The notes beneath the pieces are model-generated. The model was given only the letters and a program-made list of their open reading frames with translations, did not search any database and was not told where the DNA came from. Below, piece by piece: positions 11,931 to 25,695 of a stretch of 64,000 nucleotides of DNA. Both the position numbers and the translations under genes were made by a program. This stretch comes from Octopus bimaculoides (lineage: Eukaryota), in the NCBI RefSeq assembly GCF_001194135.2, contig NC_068985.1, positions 82,523,122 to 82,587,121 of the forward strand, given 5' to 3'. Numbering within the stretch: position 1 is the first letter of the stretch; each line of letters begins with the position of its first letter.

Positions 11931-12237
11931 TACGGCAGCTTTCATCCTAATTTTGGGACTGCCATGTTGGCTTGGCGATAACTATTAATTTCCAGTACTG
12001 CTGCCGTAGTCTCCTTTAGAGAGACTTAGAAATATTAATAACTCTATTTCTGAAAACCAGTGGATAGATTCCACTGAAATTAGATAAATAACCTTCGAAC
12101 AGATAGTCAGTAGCGCCGCCTGGCTGGAGCTTGGCTGCTCTGCATTGACAAGGGGCAACACCCTGAAACTAGTCTGCAGATGCCAAACCAGCAAGGGGAA
12201 ACTGCTGACCTCCCCTGTTCGAAGGTTATAAAGGACA
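11931..12237. repeat. CpG-rich multi-hairpin cassette, probably the end of a young mobile element; truncated by a gap
   Basis: Five inverted repeats in ~300 bp, the largest ataaccttcgaacag (12088-12102) / ctgttcgaaggttat (12215-12229). Starts at a (TA)n tract. Confidence 0.6.
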
Positions 12238-15200
12238 NNNNNNNNNNNNNNNNNNNNNNNNNNNNNNNNNNNNNNNNNNNNNNNNNNNNNNNNNNNNNNN
12301 NNNNNNNNNNNNNNNNNNNNNNNNNNNNNNNNNNNNNNNNNNNNNNNNNNNNNNNNNNNNNNNNNNNNNNNNNNNNNNNNNNNNNNNNNNNNNNNNNNNN
12401 NNNNNNNNNNNNNNNNNNNNNNNNNNNNNNNNNNNNNNNNNNNNNNNNNNNNNNNNNNNNNNNNNNNNNNNNNNNNNNNNNNNNNNNNNNNNNNNNNNNN
12501 NNNNNNNNNNNNNNNNNNNNNNNNNNNNNNNNNNNNNNNNNNNNNNNNNNNNNNNNNNNNNTATATATATATATATATTTATTTAAGCTTTGTTATCCTC
12601 TGTTATTTCAAAGATTTTTCCTGAAGTATATACTATACAGCATAAATATTGACATTACTTGTGTTGAATATGTATTTTATGTATGTGACCAATGAGAAGA
12701 TATCATTTTGAAGTTGCTTCACTAAAACACTCTAAATATCTGTATCTCTCTCTCATACACTCACAGACACACACAAAATTACATGCAGTTTTTTTTTTTA
12801 AATAATACATTGACTTGCTGCTCTTAAATTCAGTATTGATTATATACTATAAAATACATTGGCCTTTGCATAAAAGTAATAAAAAAGAATCTATAATGAG
12901 ATGTGGAAAACCTGCCCCTCTAAATAAAAGGGAAATTTTAACTAAGAAGTGAGAGGAATATAACTCATTGTGTGTGTGTATGCACATGCATGATGTGTGT
13001 GTATGTATGTATGTATGTAAATATGTTTGTGTATGTATGTTAGGTGTGTACATTTGTATGAAGAAGAAAGGGAGCAAATACATGTGGGTGTGTTGTGTGC
13101 ATATATAAAAATTACATGCATGTGTGTGCATGAAACCATTGTCAATGAGTAATATTGATACTATTTCCAAATTACAATTCTTAGAAAACTTCTTTAGGAG
13201 AACATGGAATTCAGCAGCTGATTCTGCTGCTAGTTTTGTTATCCCCAAGGTGACAAAAAGAAAAGTATCTTTGGTGTCATAAGAAACTATTTTGCATTTC
13301 ATCCCCTTTAAAAAAATGTAAAATTCTCTCTATGAGAACCGATTTACTTGCTAATATAATATGCAAATTAACCCTTCAAACAAAGTAATGCTCTTTTACA
13401 GTTGGAAAATAGAGCCAGCATCAGTAAATTCAACATAAATTAATACAGATTAAAATAAAATGGAAACTTGTATAGTTTTCTTTTCAAATTTATTTTGTTT
13501 TTGGAAATTTTACTTTTGTTTGCCTTTTGACTTTGATTTTATATCTTATTTATTTCTAGCCTGGATTATTTTCATTTGAAAAATATTTTAAAATAACAAA
13601 TGTAAAAATGTCTCTTCTTTTTATTCAACTGCTGCCACACTAGCAATTTTCACCATCTATAAATGAATGAATTTTTTATGCATTTTGTTATATGTATATT
13701 TTTAAATCTCTTTGAAAATAAAATAAATTTATTGAAATATTTGTTGGTGAAGTGTTAAATTTTCCTTTTTTTTTTCTTCAAGTATTTTCTTTCTTTCATT
13801 TTCCAGCCTGCTGTATTGTTCAGTGTATGGGGAGATAAGCTTTACTCTGTGCATTTATGTTAGAAGAACCTCTCCTTTCCTTCATGTAATGGATGAGATA
13901 ACGAGTAATTCCTATGCAAATTACGGCCAATGCTGATGTAATGTCCCTTATATGGTCTGAAATCTTCAGTCTGCATTTTTAGTATTATATCATCTGAACA
14001 GTACAGCAGCCACTGCTGCAGAGAGGGGATATACTATCATTCAAATATTCTGCGTCACAATTGAGGTAGTTTACATGAAATATTCTTAAGCCTAAAAAAA
14101 AAGTAAAATAATAACTATAATAATAATAATAATATTCTGATTTGCTATACAGCCTTCTGATTATCAAATAGAAATATTAAAATTTCTAAAGCTTTTAACA
14201 CAGTTAAAATTGCATGAATATTTTATACTATCCATTTGAAATTAATGAAATAAGGATTTATTTCATATATTTATTAATTTAAAGCATATTCCTTCCATCT
14301 TTTGCCAAAGTATTTCCATATTTTTGAGAAATATAAATAGAAATGAAGCTATATTGACACGTGGTATGTTTCCATCTTAGTATTTGTATGTCTTGAGAAA
14401 ATACATTCTAATTAAATACTTAGTAAAAATTTGTACTATTGAGAAATATATGAAGAAAAGGGAGGGAATCATAAATAATTTATAGACTTATTTTGATTAA
14501 AAAATAAATGCGAAAGAAATAATTAAACAATTTAAAATTTATTTATGAAGTTGGAGAAGCTATTTAATTTTGTGTATATATTATGAAAAGAAAGTATTAC
14601 AGAAGATAAAGAAGACAGTGAAAATGTATTTAATTTTTATTATGAGAAAGAATAATGTTGAAATTCCCAAATTATACATCTAAGAATAATGTTGAGAATA
14701 TTAGGTAGCCTCAGCTGTCTAAAGTTATATCCATAATTAAAGCAATTTTGTTCAGTTGTTTGCCAGATTCCAATCTGACAAATTTTACTCAGACAAAACA
14801 TAAAAGCAAAAAAAAAAAAACTTTTGTGAAAAAAACTAAGCACACTGGTGTCAATCATTTTTATTTTCATTGTAAAATATTAAACAAATAAGCAATGTAA
14901 TTTCTGCTAAAATTTTTTAATTCATTAAAAGAAATACACAATGGTCACAGCCAACCGAAAATAATACTTATAGGCAAATAGCAAAATTCTAATTTAGTAA
15001 CCAGAGATAGCAATGAAATGGAGACATTACTTCAGATAAATTGTGATTAAATTAATTTTATTACTGTTTCATAAGTCAAAATAGTCATAATAGTTAAAAA
15101 TCAAATTTTTTTTCATGTTGGAATTTCATGATAAAATACTTTTAACATTATCAAAATACAAAAGAGCTATGATCAAAATCAGAACTATTATATGAAATAA

Positions 15201-17489
15201 TTAGCTAATAAAAAATATCTGACAAAAGAAATACAAAGAAAATGTGATTTTTTTTTCTTGCAAGTGATAATAGCTAATAAAGAATTATGGAGTACTGAAT
15301 AATAGTTCTACTAATTCAAATCATAAATTGTAGTTCTATTTTATAAAGCTTAAATAAGTAAAGGAGTTAGTTGTAAAGGACTAAAAGAAATATATTGTAC
15401 CCTCATCATTCCTTATACCTTAAAAATTAATATTTCACATTAAAAAATTTTTTGTTTTGATTATTAAACTGAATTTTCAATGCATTTCATTATAGTAGTT
15501 GTCTTTTAAAATTTCAAAGTTGCAAGGAGAAGGATTGAATGAGGCTACTAAAAATGGAAGAAATTTTAATTGAAAGAAATCCGGCATCTAGATTAAAAGC
15601 ATAAAAGATAATTATTTATTTTACTTTTTCAATTTTTTCTCTTTGATTCTAAAATCCAGCAGTTTGAATTACAATTTCAGGAAAATGTGTTTTATTAAAA
15701 AATAGTTATCCATATATAATTTGTGTGTGTGTGTGTGTATGATATTTAAGACTATTCAAATTTTAAAATTTAATCTGAAGGAAATAATCTTAAGGTATTT
15801 AACAATGTAATGGTTTTTCTTTCTTCCTTTGTCTTTTATTTTCAATATTAACACTGTTTTAAAAAAAATGAGTTATCTATAATGCTTTAGAAATCTTATG
15901 ATGATTATTAGTGTCATTATTAGGCTAAAAATCTCACATATGAATCACACTTCTTGAGTTTAATCTCACTTAATGCAGTAAAGAAAAAGGAAAGTAAAAT
16001 TGCTGATTATTATTTAATATTTAATTGACCAAGCTTCATTAAGATCCAAAGTTGCTTTCATGAAATTCTGTTAGTGTTTTTGGTACTATATTTTATTTTA
16101 GTTTTTTCATTTAATTCTGTTAGCATTTTGGGTACATATTTAATTCTCTTGAAATAGTTGTATTGTATTTGTCTGTGATTCTGTGTTTTAGAAAGATAAT
16201 CAAATATTTATTGAAAATGAATTGTACTTGATTTACTGGATGTGTAGTGTGTTGGTTTATCACAAATTAAATGTGTATTCACTTGAAAAGGTAAAAGGCA
16301 GTTAAATGTAAAATGATTAAACCAATTCTTAAAATAGGCTATTACAACCAAAAATTTACTGTTGCTTCCAAGGAGTTGGCTAAGATGAAAATCATTTGGT
16401 ATAACTAAAGAGAATTAGGATCTCTATGAAATTAAAAAAAAAATAAATAAATAAAAACATGAAACGAAAGTAAATGCTACAACAGATCTGACTACCCAAA
16501 CCATGTTTTCCACGAGAAACAATGTTGAAAATTAATGCTTTGGAAAATGACCTTACTTCACACCTAACTATTTTAATTCCACTTTGCTTTACCCAGTCCT
16601 ACAAGAATTGCTCAAACGACTCAGTCAATCTAATAGAAAACTAGTTGTGACTTTGACTTCATGACAAACTTTTAGGAAGTGTAACCTGCTATAAAATGAC
16701 CTGCTCCAATAAGTCTTGCATGAGTGAAACATTTTGAAAAATCTACCTTGTCCTAAAATGTTAAGAGTTTACATGCTTAGGGGAAACTCTCTTTGCAGCC
16801 TAGTTAAAGCAGTGGGCATATATTTGTTTATTAGACTTCTTTCTAAGTATGTAAATTAACTTTGAGAAATGATTTATTAATTTCTTGACATTATTTCCTC
16901 TTTAATTTGAGAGTTACTAATAATTGACACTAGGTCTTTGTTTTCTTTCTCTAACTAAAAGTTAAATTTCAATTAATGATCTTTAGCATGTGTCATTCAG
17001 TACCTGACCCTTTTATTTATTCAAAATTCATACCATTAGTTATACAAATTATTTTGGCTAAAAATTATTCGTAAGATCAAAATATTTGGCAGCAGGAAAA
17101 GCATCTGGTTTTAAAAGCTTCCCAAAATAACTCTCTGTTCAAAGCCATGCTAGCATGAGAAATGTGTATTAGATAAACAAACAGATATTTGTCAACTCAT
17201 CAAGCAGACTTGAACAGGCATATTATGTTGATGTGGACTGAAACATCTATAGTTTAGTCTTCAAAAATCAGACTTTTTACCTATACCTTCACTAACAGGA
17301 AAATTTCAGTTAAATAAAAAATACTTTTTTACACATGGCAATACATATCCCTTTATTTATTTATATAAAACCTGATATTTCATTGTGTTGCTATTCCACT
17401 GCATGTTATCTTTTACCATTGCCTTGGATCAATCCAAGCCTTGTGACTGAAATTAGATTAACAGAAACTATGCAGAGGGTCTTGTCAGA

Positions 17490-17650
17490 TGGATTGTACT
17501 TGTAATTCAAAGGTACAGCCTCGACACCTTGTGTCACATTGATTCCATTTGAGAATCATGTTAGGTATACATGTATCTGTGGAATACCCAACCACTCACA
17601 TGTTTGCAATTCGATGAGCAAGTTGTTCAGTTGAATCCTTTATTGATGAA
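17490..17650 (-). mobile_element. Interspersed repeat (SINE-like family D), diverged
   Basis: gtattccacagatacatgtatacctaacatgattctc...gtgacacaaggtgtcgaggctgtacctttgaattacaagtac aligns with the reverse complement of 62325-62490. Confidence 0.6.
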
Positions 17651-17819
17651 GCCAATGCAGTTTCATTTACTACTGTTACTTGCTTGGTTATACTGTCTGA
17701 CATGACCTGCATTAATAAATACTTACATGTGATGTTTTGTAAAATGATCAGGACTTAACTGGATATATATGATTTGTCATCTCTTTGTATTTAGTTTGTA
17801 TACATAGTGCTATGTGTAT

Positions 17820-18780
17820 GGGATAGAACTTTGTTCATTACAAAAGCAATATCAGCTGCATTTTATAGAATTTTAAGATGATATTGTCCTTATTTGAGTT
17901 TTTTGATAGCACACTTTTAGTTTAAGATGAAATGTCAATATCTCTTGAACAGTGCTTTATGTTTTATATTATTCTTAGAGTTTCTTTACTAGAATACAGT
18001 TGTTGATAGAAGTCTTTTGTCCTCTTAATGATTCAATTTCAATGTTTTCCATTTTCTGATGGTTCTGTTTTGTTCATTAATACCGGTAATGCAGGTTTCC
18101 CTTCAGCTTGTTTTACACTTTGCAACATGGAATTATTTGCCTTCAGCTACTGTTTTTCTTGAAACACATGCGTTGTTGTTGTGTGTATCCTCACATTGTT
18201 CCTCGGTTGCATTCTTTCAACTTTATCTCAGTCAGATCTAACATTGCAGTTTTGTCATTCATAGCTTTCTAGTTTAACGTGAAGATTTTATTTTATCTGT
18301 TTGGTGGACTTTATATTATTTTACAGTTTTAAGAAAAGGTTTAGTATATTATTCATCAGGGTTTTTATAGGTACGTTGTTCATGTTTTTCTATTTTCTCA
18401 ATGTTTGCTAAGGAAGGTGTTGAGTGAAGTTTTGAAAACACTGACCAGATTTTTATGGATGCAAAGTGGCTTCAATTTTTGTCTAGTTTTTTTCCCTCTC
18501 CCATTCCTTGGATATTGGTGCTAATATTGCTGATTAAAGTTGTTTGGAAATGTTATTTAAGAATATCTCAAGTGTGTTGGTTTGTATGAAATTTTGCTTG
18601 ATGTTTTCTTTTGAATGTTAGTAATTTTGTGTTTGATTGAAATAGTAAAATTGATATGAGTTTCCTTCCTATTTTAGTCTTTTTTCAATGTGCTTATCTG
18701 AACAATTTCTGAAATTTTAAATTTAAAATCTCACATTCTAATTAAAATGATTTTTAATGGTTAGATCATTTCCTTAAATT
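17820..18780 (-). mobile_element. A-rich decayed coding-like remnant, possibly Penelope-like or another retroelement
   Basis: Strong A/C skew on the minus strand with long K/N/T-rich frames; one segment reads KKLK..NAADIAFVMNKV, loosely like the PLE motif LKxLxxxxDIIIxxADKGNAxVVMNK. Weak. Confidence 0.25.
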
Positions 18781-21700
18781 TCACTAACTTATTTTCGTGT
18801 GTTAGATTAAAGTGGAAGTGCAAAGTTTATTACACTTTTGGTTGTCATGCTCTCTTCTTAAGTCTTCAGAGTGTTGGTTTACATGATATTGATGTATCAG
18901 TAATATATAGGTATATTAGGGTAATAATAATATGTAGGCAATAGTAAATTTCAGATCATATTATTTAAAAAGCTGTCTTTTATTTGTGTCTGTTTCTAAA
19001 CTTATACAAAAGGATTAATATAGGAATTATCAATTCTAAGACAAAAATAAGAAAAGGTTTGTCATATACTAAAAGCAAGTTCTTCGTATTCATCTTGTCA
19101 ATATCCATTTAAGTTTAACATAGGTCACTTGCTGAGAAACTTTAGAGTAGCATGGAATTGTAATTTAACAATTACTTCCTGTAGGGCTATTAAAATCAAG
19201 TGGCCAATAACTTATCCACTTGTTTTAAATTGTTCAACTTACAAACAGGATTAACCGTCAATTTCACATGCTAAGCAGCTGTATACAAGTTTTTTTGTTT
19301 TTTTTTTTGTTTGTTTTTTCTTTTGTATGTACTTGCAGTTCTTGAAAAGCAAAATAATTAACTACAAAGTGTGATCAATTTTATTTCTTATTCTTCTGAA
19401 TTCACTTCAAAGATTAAAACGAAGTTCACTAATTATGTTGTCCAAATTGTTTGTTAGTCACATATTTTTAATAGCATTTTTCTTTCTATTTTTCTTCTTC
19501 AGTGTGACAGAAGTTAATTTTCAAACAGTTCTTAACATTTAGTCTGGTGGGCATTAGCAAATTTTTTTTTTTATACAAATATTTGGTTATCTATATGCAT
19601 TAATTAGCCTTTAGCATAAGGAATTGTACATTTCTAAACAATTTCAGAAGTTTGAAAATAATCTCATGTTTTAGTTAAAATACTTAATTTTTGGATTTCA
19701 AGATCATTTCCTTAAATTTTTGCTTGGTTTAGGTTATTTGTGAGACTAAACTGGAAGTGCTATACTGATGATATTTTAATTAGAACTTTTCGGGAATATG
19801 TTTGGTATTGAACTACTAGCTCATAATTTTAAGTTTTTAGCTGATATTTTAGCATGTATTTGGACAATAGCCCTAATTTTGCATTCCACAGTGCATCTAG
19901 AAATGTTTCCAATGGTAAATTTTATTATCATTCTATCCAGGGAAATATTTACCTCTTATCTACTTAAAATTATGAAACCAGAGCCAAGGATTTTAGGAAA
20001 ATATCAGAACACATTCAAAATGCTGAATCCACTTTCACTTCATAAATTCTGATAATATTTTGGGTGCTGCAAAGGAAAATAAAGTACAATTTTCAAAGCT
20101 ATTTCTTTACTTATATCTCCTTGAGGTTATTTGTGACATTTAGATATCTATAGTTTCTCAATTGAGAGAGTGACAACCAGTGTAGTTAGCATAATTAGTA
20201 TTCATTATCAGTTGATTTAAGAAGATCGGAAAAAAAGGGCTGATGTTTTGAATTTAAAAAATTGGGCAGATTATTTATTATGGATTTTGGGAAGTGGTGC
20301 ACAATAGAGGTGAAATGAGTAAGAAGAGACAAATTCTTCAAGTAAGTTGGATTATGTATAGCATACAGTCAGTGAGATTAGGGGCTGAAAAACCACTGGA
20401 ATAAAGGCAAGGTAAATAGAAAAAAAAAGATAACTTGGTAGTGTACCTGTATTTTTTCTATGAGGTGGAAAAATTTCTTCAGTGCAATCTGCAATGTTCC
20501 AATTTAGGTGCACCATCTGATATATGGAAGATGTCTTTTATTGTGTAACATATTTATAAAGTTGTGAAGTGGTAAATTTATAAGAGCTCTGGATAAATTG
20601 CTTTGCAGTGTTCATTTGCAGTGGGGTAAATATATAAAGTATCAGGCTTGTGGTTCAGTTATCTCTCTCTTTCTGGAAGACAGACTTTAGCCTATCCCTC
20701 ACTCTGTGAGGGATAGGCTAAAATGCCCAATATTGATATTCACTGTATTTTATATTATCCCTATGACTCCATCAAGAGTTGATGGTGCGAGGCAAGGCAT
20801 ATTTTTTAGTTAGTAAATCAGTCATTAGCCAGTTGTAGTAGAATTATTTCCTGTCCTAAAGAGGAAATACAGCTGTTGAAAAAGTATGGACTATTGTTAG
20901 CATTAGAAAGAGTATCTAAACAGTGCAAATAATTCTTCAGAAATGTTTACATTATTACCTAAACTGTAAAGCATAAATCATTTCACAATAGCGTGGCTAT
21001 GATTAGAGTTCAACTTAAAATTTGAAAGTGAATAAGTTCATTATGGTCATTATGGAAATCCATAGATGACTGTTTTTATATATAGCCATATTTTGAAATA
21101 TATAGTAAAGAATGCATATAAGGGAAGAAGTAGCTTGGAAAATTCCAGTTTATTTTGTTTCATAATTATCCCAAAGACCCTAACAGAATTTAATGAAATG
21201 AGAAAGGCTTCTGCATTTTGAATAGATTTCTTTATTTTCAGAATTTTCAAATAAAATTGAATAGCCCTAAAATGCTATATATTCTTAACTATATCTATCT
21301 GCCTTGATTTAATAAAGCTTCATTAATAAAGCAATTAGCAATAGCTAAATGAAACTTGAAAGCTCATATTATGTTGCATTGACAGGGAGTCATAATTAAG
21401 AATTTCATGTATTTCTGAATAACTTGAAAACTTGTCATAATTTACTATCCATACCTATTCAGTAAGATTGAGTGGAGACCACAGGTTTCTGATAAGATGC
21501 CAATCCATAGCTTTAATATGTTCAGTTTGATATTCATTCAACTGGACTACTAAGTCTCTGTTTCTTTTTTTTTTTTTAATAGATAATATTTGTATTTTTT
21601 TAAGCAACTATGATGCTTATTTTTGCAGCAGAAAATTTTGTTAATTGAAATAATTTCAACTTATTACTAGCATTCATTTTCACAAAATTAGAAAATGACA

Positions 21701-21984
21701 AGTGATATCATCCTTGATGACATTTGAATTCAGAATGTACAAAATACTGAAAAGAATTTAGTCCAGTATTTGATTATTATGCTCTATAATTTTCACCATC
21801 TCTACTCAATAGGTAATATTATAAATATTTTTAAAAGAATTTATTGCAGTTTTAAGTGTCTTCATCATTAAAGAATAGAATATAGCTATCATTTGCAAAT
21901 GAGTATGACTTAGTAACATGTACCATGCCTTCACTAATTGTTTTAGATGTCTATGTTGTCTTGAGCAGACATGGACACCTTCAC

Positions 21985-22205
21985 AAATTATCCCACTCTC
22001 GACTTACTTGAACATTGAGGATGTGGTAGTTGGAAGCAGAGAAAGCTGCACCAGCATTCAGCTGGTACTCATTTCAACTGAGTAAGCTGGAGCAACATTA
22101 AAAGAAGTGCTTTGCTCAAGGATATAACATGCCATCCAGTTCAGAACTCAAACCCACAACCTTATGATTGTAACCCCAATACCCCCAGTCACTAGGTTAT
22201 GCGCT
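21985..22205 (-). mobile_element. tRNA-derived SINE (family C)
   Basis: Minus strand has a tRNA-like head with B-box gggtttgagttc, followed by ccttgagcaaagcactt. Confidence 0.6.
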
Positions 22206-22269
22206 ATTATTATCACAAAATAATTTTACAATTCTCTCTCTTGTCACCGATAAATTACCTCTCTCTTTT

Positions 22270-22680
22270 ATCTTTTACTTAATCCAGTCATTGAGCTGTA
22301 GCCATGGTGGAGCACCAATCCAAAGCACTAGTTGAACAAAGTAATCCCAGTGCTTATTTTAAAGCCTGGTACTTATTCTATCAGCCCCCTTTTGCTGAAG
22401 TATGCTATTGTGGTGTAAACAAACCAACCCTGGTTGTCAAGCAGTGGTTGGCATCAAACAGAAAGGTATTCTCTCTCTCTCTCACACACACATGATGGGC
22501 TTTGATGGGCTGTCTATCAAATCTTTGATAGATATCTTTGATGGGCTATCTATAAAAGCCACTTACTAATTTTTGGTTGGCCCAGGACTATAGAGGAAGA
22601 CATTTGCCCAAAGTATCTTGCAGTGGGACTGAACCCAAGGTCACATGGTCTTCTTACCACACTGCCATGCCTGCACCTAT
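22270..22680 (-). mobile_element. Full-length family A SINE (head + CA microsatellite + 3' module)
   Basis: Same bipartite layout as 52860-53215 and 63625-63960. Confidence 0.8.
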
Positions 22681-24196
22681 ACTCATGCTATTATTTCCTT
22701 AATATTTATCACATAGATAACTGGTAGCTATCTTATTCAATCAGTTTATTTTCCAAATTCTACTTCAGCACCATTGTTAGTTTACATAATTAACACAATT
22801 TGCTCTCCTTAAGTTGTTTGGTTTCCATTTTGCCATGAGTATTTTCTCTTTGTATGAGTTTCCATTTTCGATTTTTTTCTCTTTCTTTCGTAACAATGTA
22901 AATAAGAGTGTTTTTTTTTTTTTTTGCAAATATGAAGTTTTCTACATTGTTAAAGCAAGTGATTTTAGAGTTGCTTGTTATTTCTACTGTAACCATATAA
23001 GAAGTATAATCTACATGTCACTGTTTTGACAACAAATCTAATAAAACTTAGATACTTTATGATAAACCTTGTACTCATTGTGTCTTGTTTTTTTTTTATC
23101 TCAGAAAAAAATTGATAAGTATCTTTAACTAATGCCAAGCTTAAGTGTCTAGTTATATATATATCACATGCTTCTTTTGACAGTAGGATTGTGGTGTAAG
23201 TTGGGTTTATGTTCCTTAAGCATAATTAACCAGACTGTAAATTAGTTTCTTATGTTTTTTATAGCAACAATGTAATTTTGTTTGTAGAACTGGTGATCTT
23301 GAACAATGTTTCTCTTTTTATCCTTTTGGAATGACATTTGTTTTTAGGATTTGACTTCTAATGGATCATTTAGGATTTCAGATTCAGCATTCTAGCTCAT
23401 CCCAACTTTACCTTATGTCTTCTTTGTGTTATGACATCTGTATGGAAAGTAAAATCATTATCTGCAATCATTGGCAAAGAAAAGGAAGTTTCAAATTTTT
23501 GTCATACAATTTTTGAAATTGTAATTCAATGTTATGTTAAAAAAATTTTTTTTTTTTTGAAATGACAAAATGACAAAATAAAGAACTCAGTCAGACCATG
23601 TAAATAGAATCCTCAGAAGTGCATGTACTTGTTGTAACTGTGATAAAATTGAACATAAAATTATTTATTTATTTTTCTTTAGTTTCTTTTTTCAAATATT
23701 TTTTTTTTTTACTTTTAAATAAGAAAGCTTCGTCAGAGTAACACACTGTAGAATCAAATAAAGATATCAGTTTTATCCTTTCTCCATCAGGGTATGTTGT
23801 TTGAATAGGGAAATTGTTGAACATTGATGATGTTGCTGCAAATCGAGGATATTTGAAAAAAAGAAATAGTAAAGAAATAAGAAAAACAAAGTTAATAATC
23901 AATAAATCTTATGTTAAATATTGTTTACTTGTTTAACCTTTAGGGAGCAAGAAAAAAAAGTGGCATAATTTTATGGAAAACTGATGATGAGACCTGACTT
24001 AGGAAATAGAAATAACAGCATCAGGCCTGAACAAGACATAATACTGCATCTATATTAAAGTTGTTGCTGGTTGTCTTGCCAGTAGTGCCATTAGTACAGA
24101 ATACATTGTGTTGTCTATGTAGCAGCCAAAATGTTTCAACTAGAATTCAGATGTAAGAAGCTGTTTCCTTTTGAGTAGCATTTTAATTAGAAATGA

Positions 24197-24268
<72 letters not shown>

Positions 24269-25339
24269 TAGATGTGTGTATGTGCATGCGTACACGTGTG
24301 TTATTTACACATATATTCATATATATATTACATGCATGCAAACGTGTGTGTGTGTCAGGGGAGTGTATATGTGTATATGCATGCAGAATCATGTACGCAT
24401 GCACAGGATAGATGTTTTATGATTTTTACTTGTAAAAACATTTAAGTACTCAATATACATATTCAAGGCATTGTATATCATGCACATTTATTTTTGGTTG
24501 CATATTTGAACATAGATACACACCGTGTGTCTTTATTTAGAGAAGGACAATATACAATCTATATACATATTTACATTTGTGATCTCACTTTTCTTGTTGT
24601 TTTGTTAAACATGTAATTTTATGGATATTCTTTGGAATGGGTCATCATCTTCACTTCCTTTTTCAAGTTCTCTTTTTGTCTTTTCAACTGAAATTCTTAC
24701 AGAGAACTTACTTTTAGTTTCTAATTATTGAATAATTCTGTTTATTGACACTATGTTAAATAAAGTAACTAAAACATACAAATAATAGAATTACCTGTGG
24801 CCTTATTAGATATATTTCCATCTGAAAGTGAAGTATTTTGATTGAAAATAATTTTATTCTGTTTTATTATTTATTAGGCTTTTGCTGTAAACATTGTTGG
24901 AATGGAAACAGCACTAGCAAACCATTAGATAACATCATTAGTCATTAGCACAAGTATAAAACAATTAATTTACTATATTTTCACAAGTTGTTTATAAATT
25001 ATTGTCAACATGTTATTGTTACTAGTTTAAGTTTTGTTTCATGTACTACAGAAAACTGATTATTGAATAACAATGAAAATAACTTCAATTTGTTTTGTTA
25101 TGTTTATTTAATTTTGTCTCCTTTAAAACTTTCATGCATGTATCCCTATTGTAGAGTCTCAAATTTGGTATCTAATCATACGAGGTTTAAAGCATTCCTG
25201 TAGTTTCAAGCTTTACAATTCACAATTTTGAAACATTAAAACAGATAAACTATGATCCTCGTATCTGTGGAACATTACTGAGGACTGCATATTTTTATAG
25301 TAATGATGATCTGCAATGATTTTCTGTTCTTGGATTCAG

Positions 25340-25426
25340 ACATACGAGCAGCCTTAGTACTGCTAGGGAACAGACAAGACTTCATAACTAAAGGCTTTAT
25401 TGTAGCAAAAACTGGATCATTTGAAT
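25340..25426 (+). CDS. Candidate 87-nt symmetric (phase 1-1) internal exon, unknown protein
   Basis: Acceptor gattttctgttcttggattcag, donor GAAT|gtaaat, only one open frame: (D)IRAALVLLGNRQDFITKGFIVAKTGSFE. No homology recognised. Confidence 0.3.
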
Positions 25427-25598
25427 GTAAATGATTTTTCTAGGGGCACATAACAGTTCTAGTGTTGCAATAGGAATCATTGATCATTTCCATGGCTGAG
25501 TGATACCCACTTATTTAATCACCAGCTGTAAAAATACACCTAACAAGTATGTATGCATATGCACCCAGAGACCTGAGATTGTATGATTGTATGATTGT

Positions 25599-25615
25599 CT
25601 GTCTATCTATTTATC

Positions 25616-25692
<77 letters not shown>

Positions 25693-25695
25693 GCC
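25599..25695. repeat. (TATC)n microsatellite
   Basis: Direct reading. Confidence 0.97.

Noticed and set aside
17600-17706. Apparent minus-strand exon VMSDSITKQVTVVNETALASSIKDSTEQLAHRIAN with a gtgagt donor
   Set aside because: Its 3' part and donor lie in a dispersed repeat that also occurs at 62325-62490.
23669-23902. 77-aa minus ORF / possible exon ATSSMFNNFPIQTTYPDGERIKLISLFDSTVCYSDEAFLFK
   Set aside because: Weak donor (gtaaaa), no recognised homology, and phases do not chain with other minus-strand candidates.
23981-24006. CTGATGA...GAAA hammerhead-like core
   Set aside because: Stem II lacks the canonical closing pair directly before GAAA, and I found no stem I/III with a cleavage triplet.
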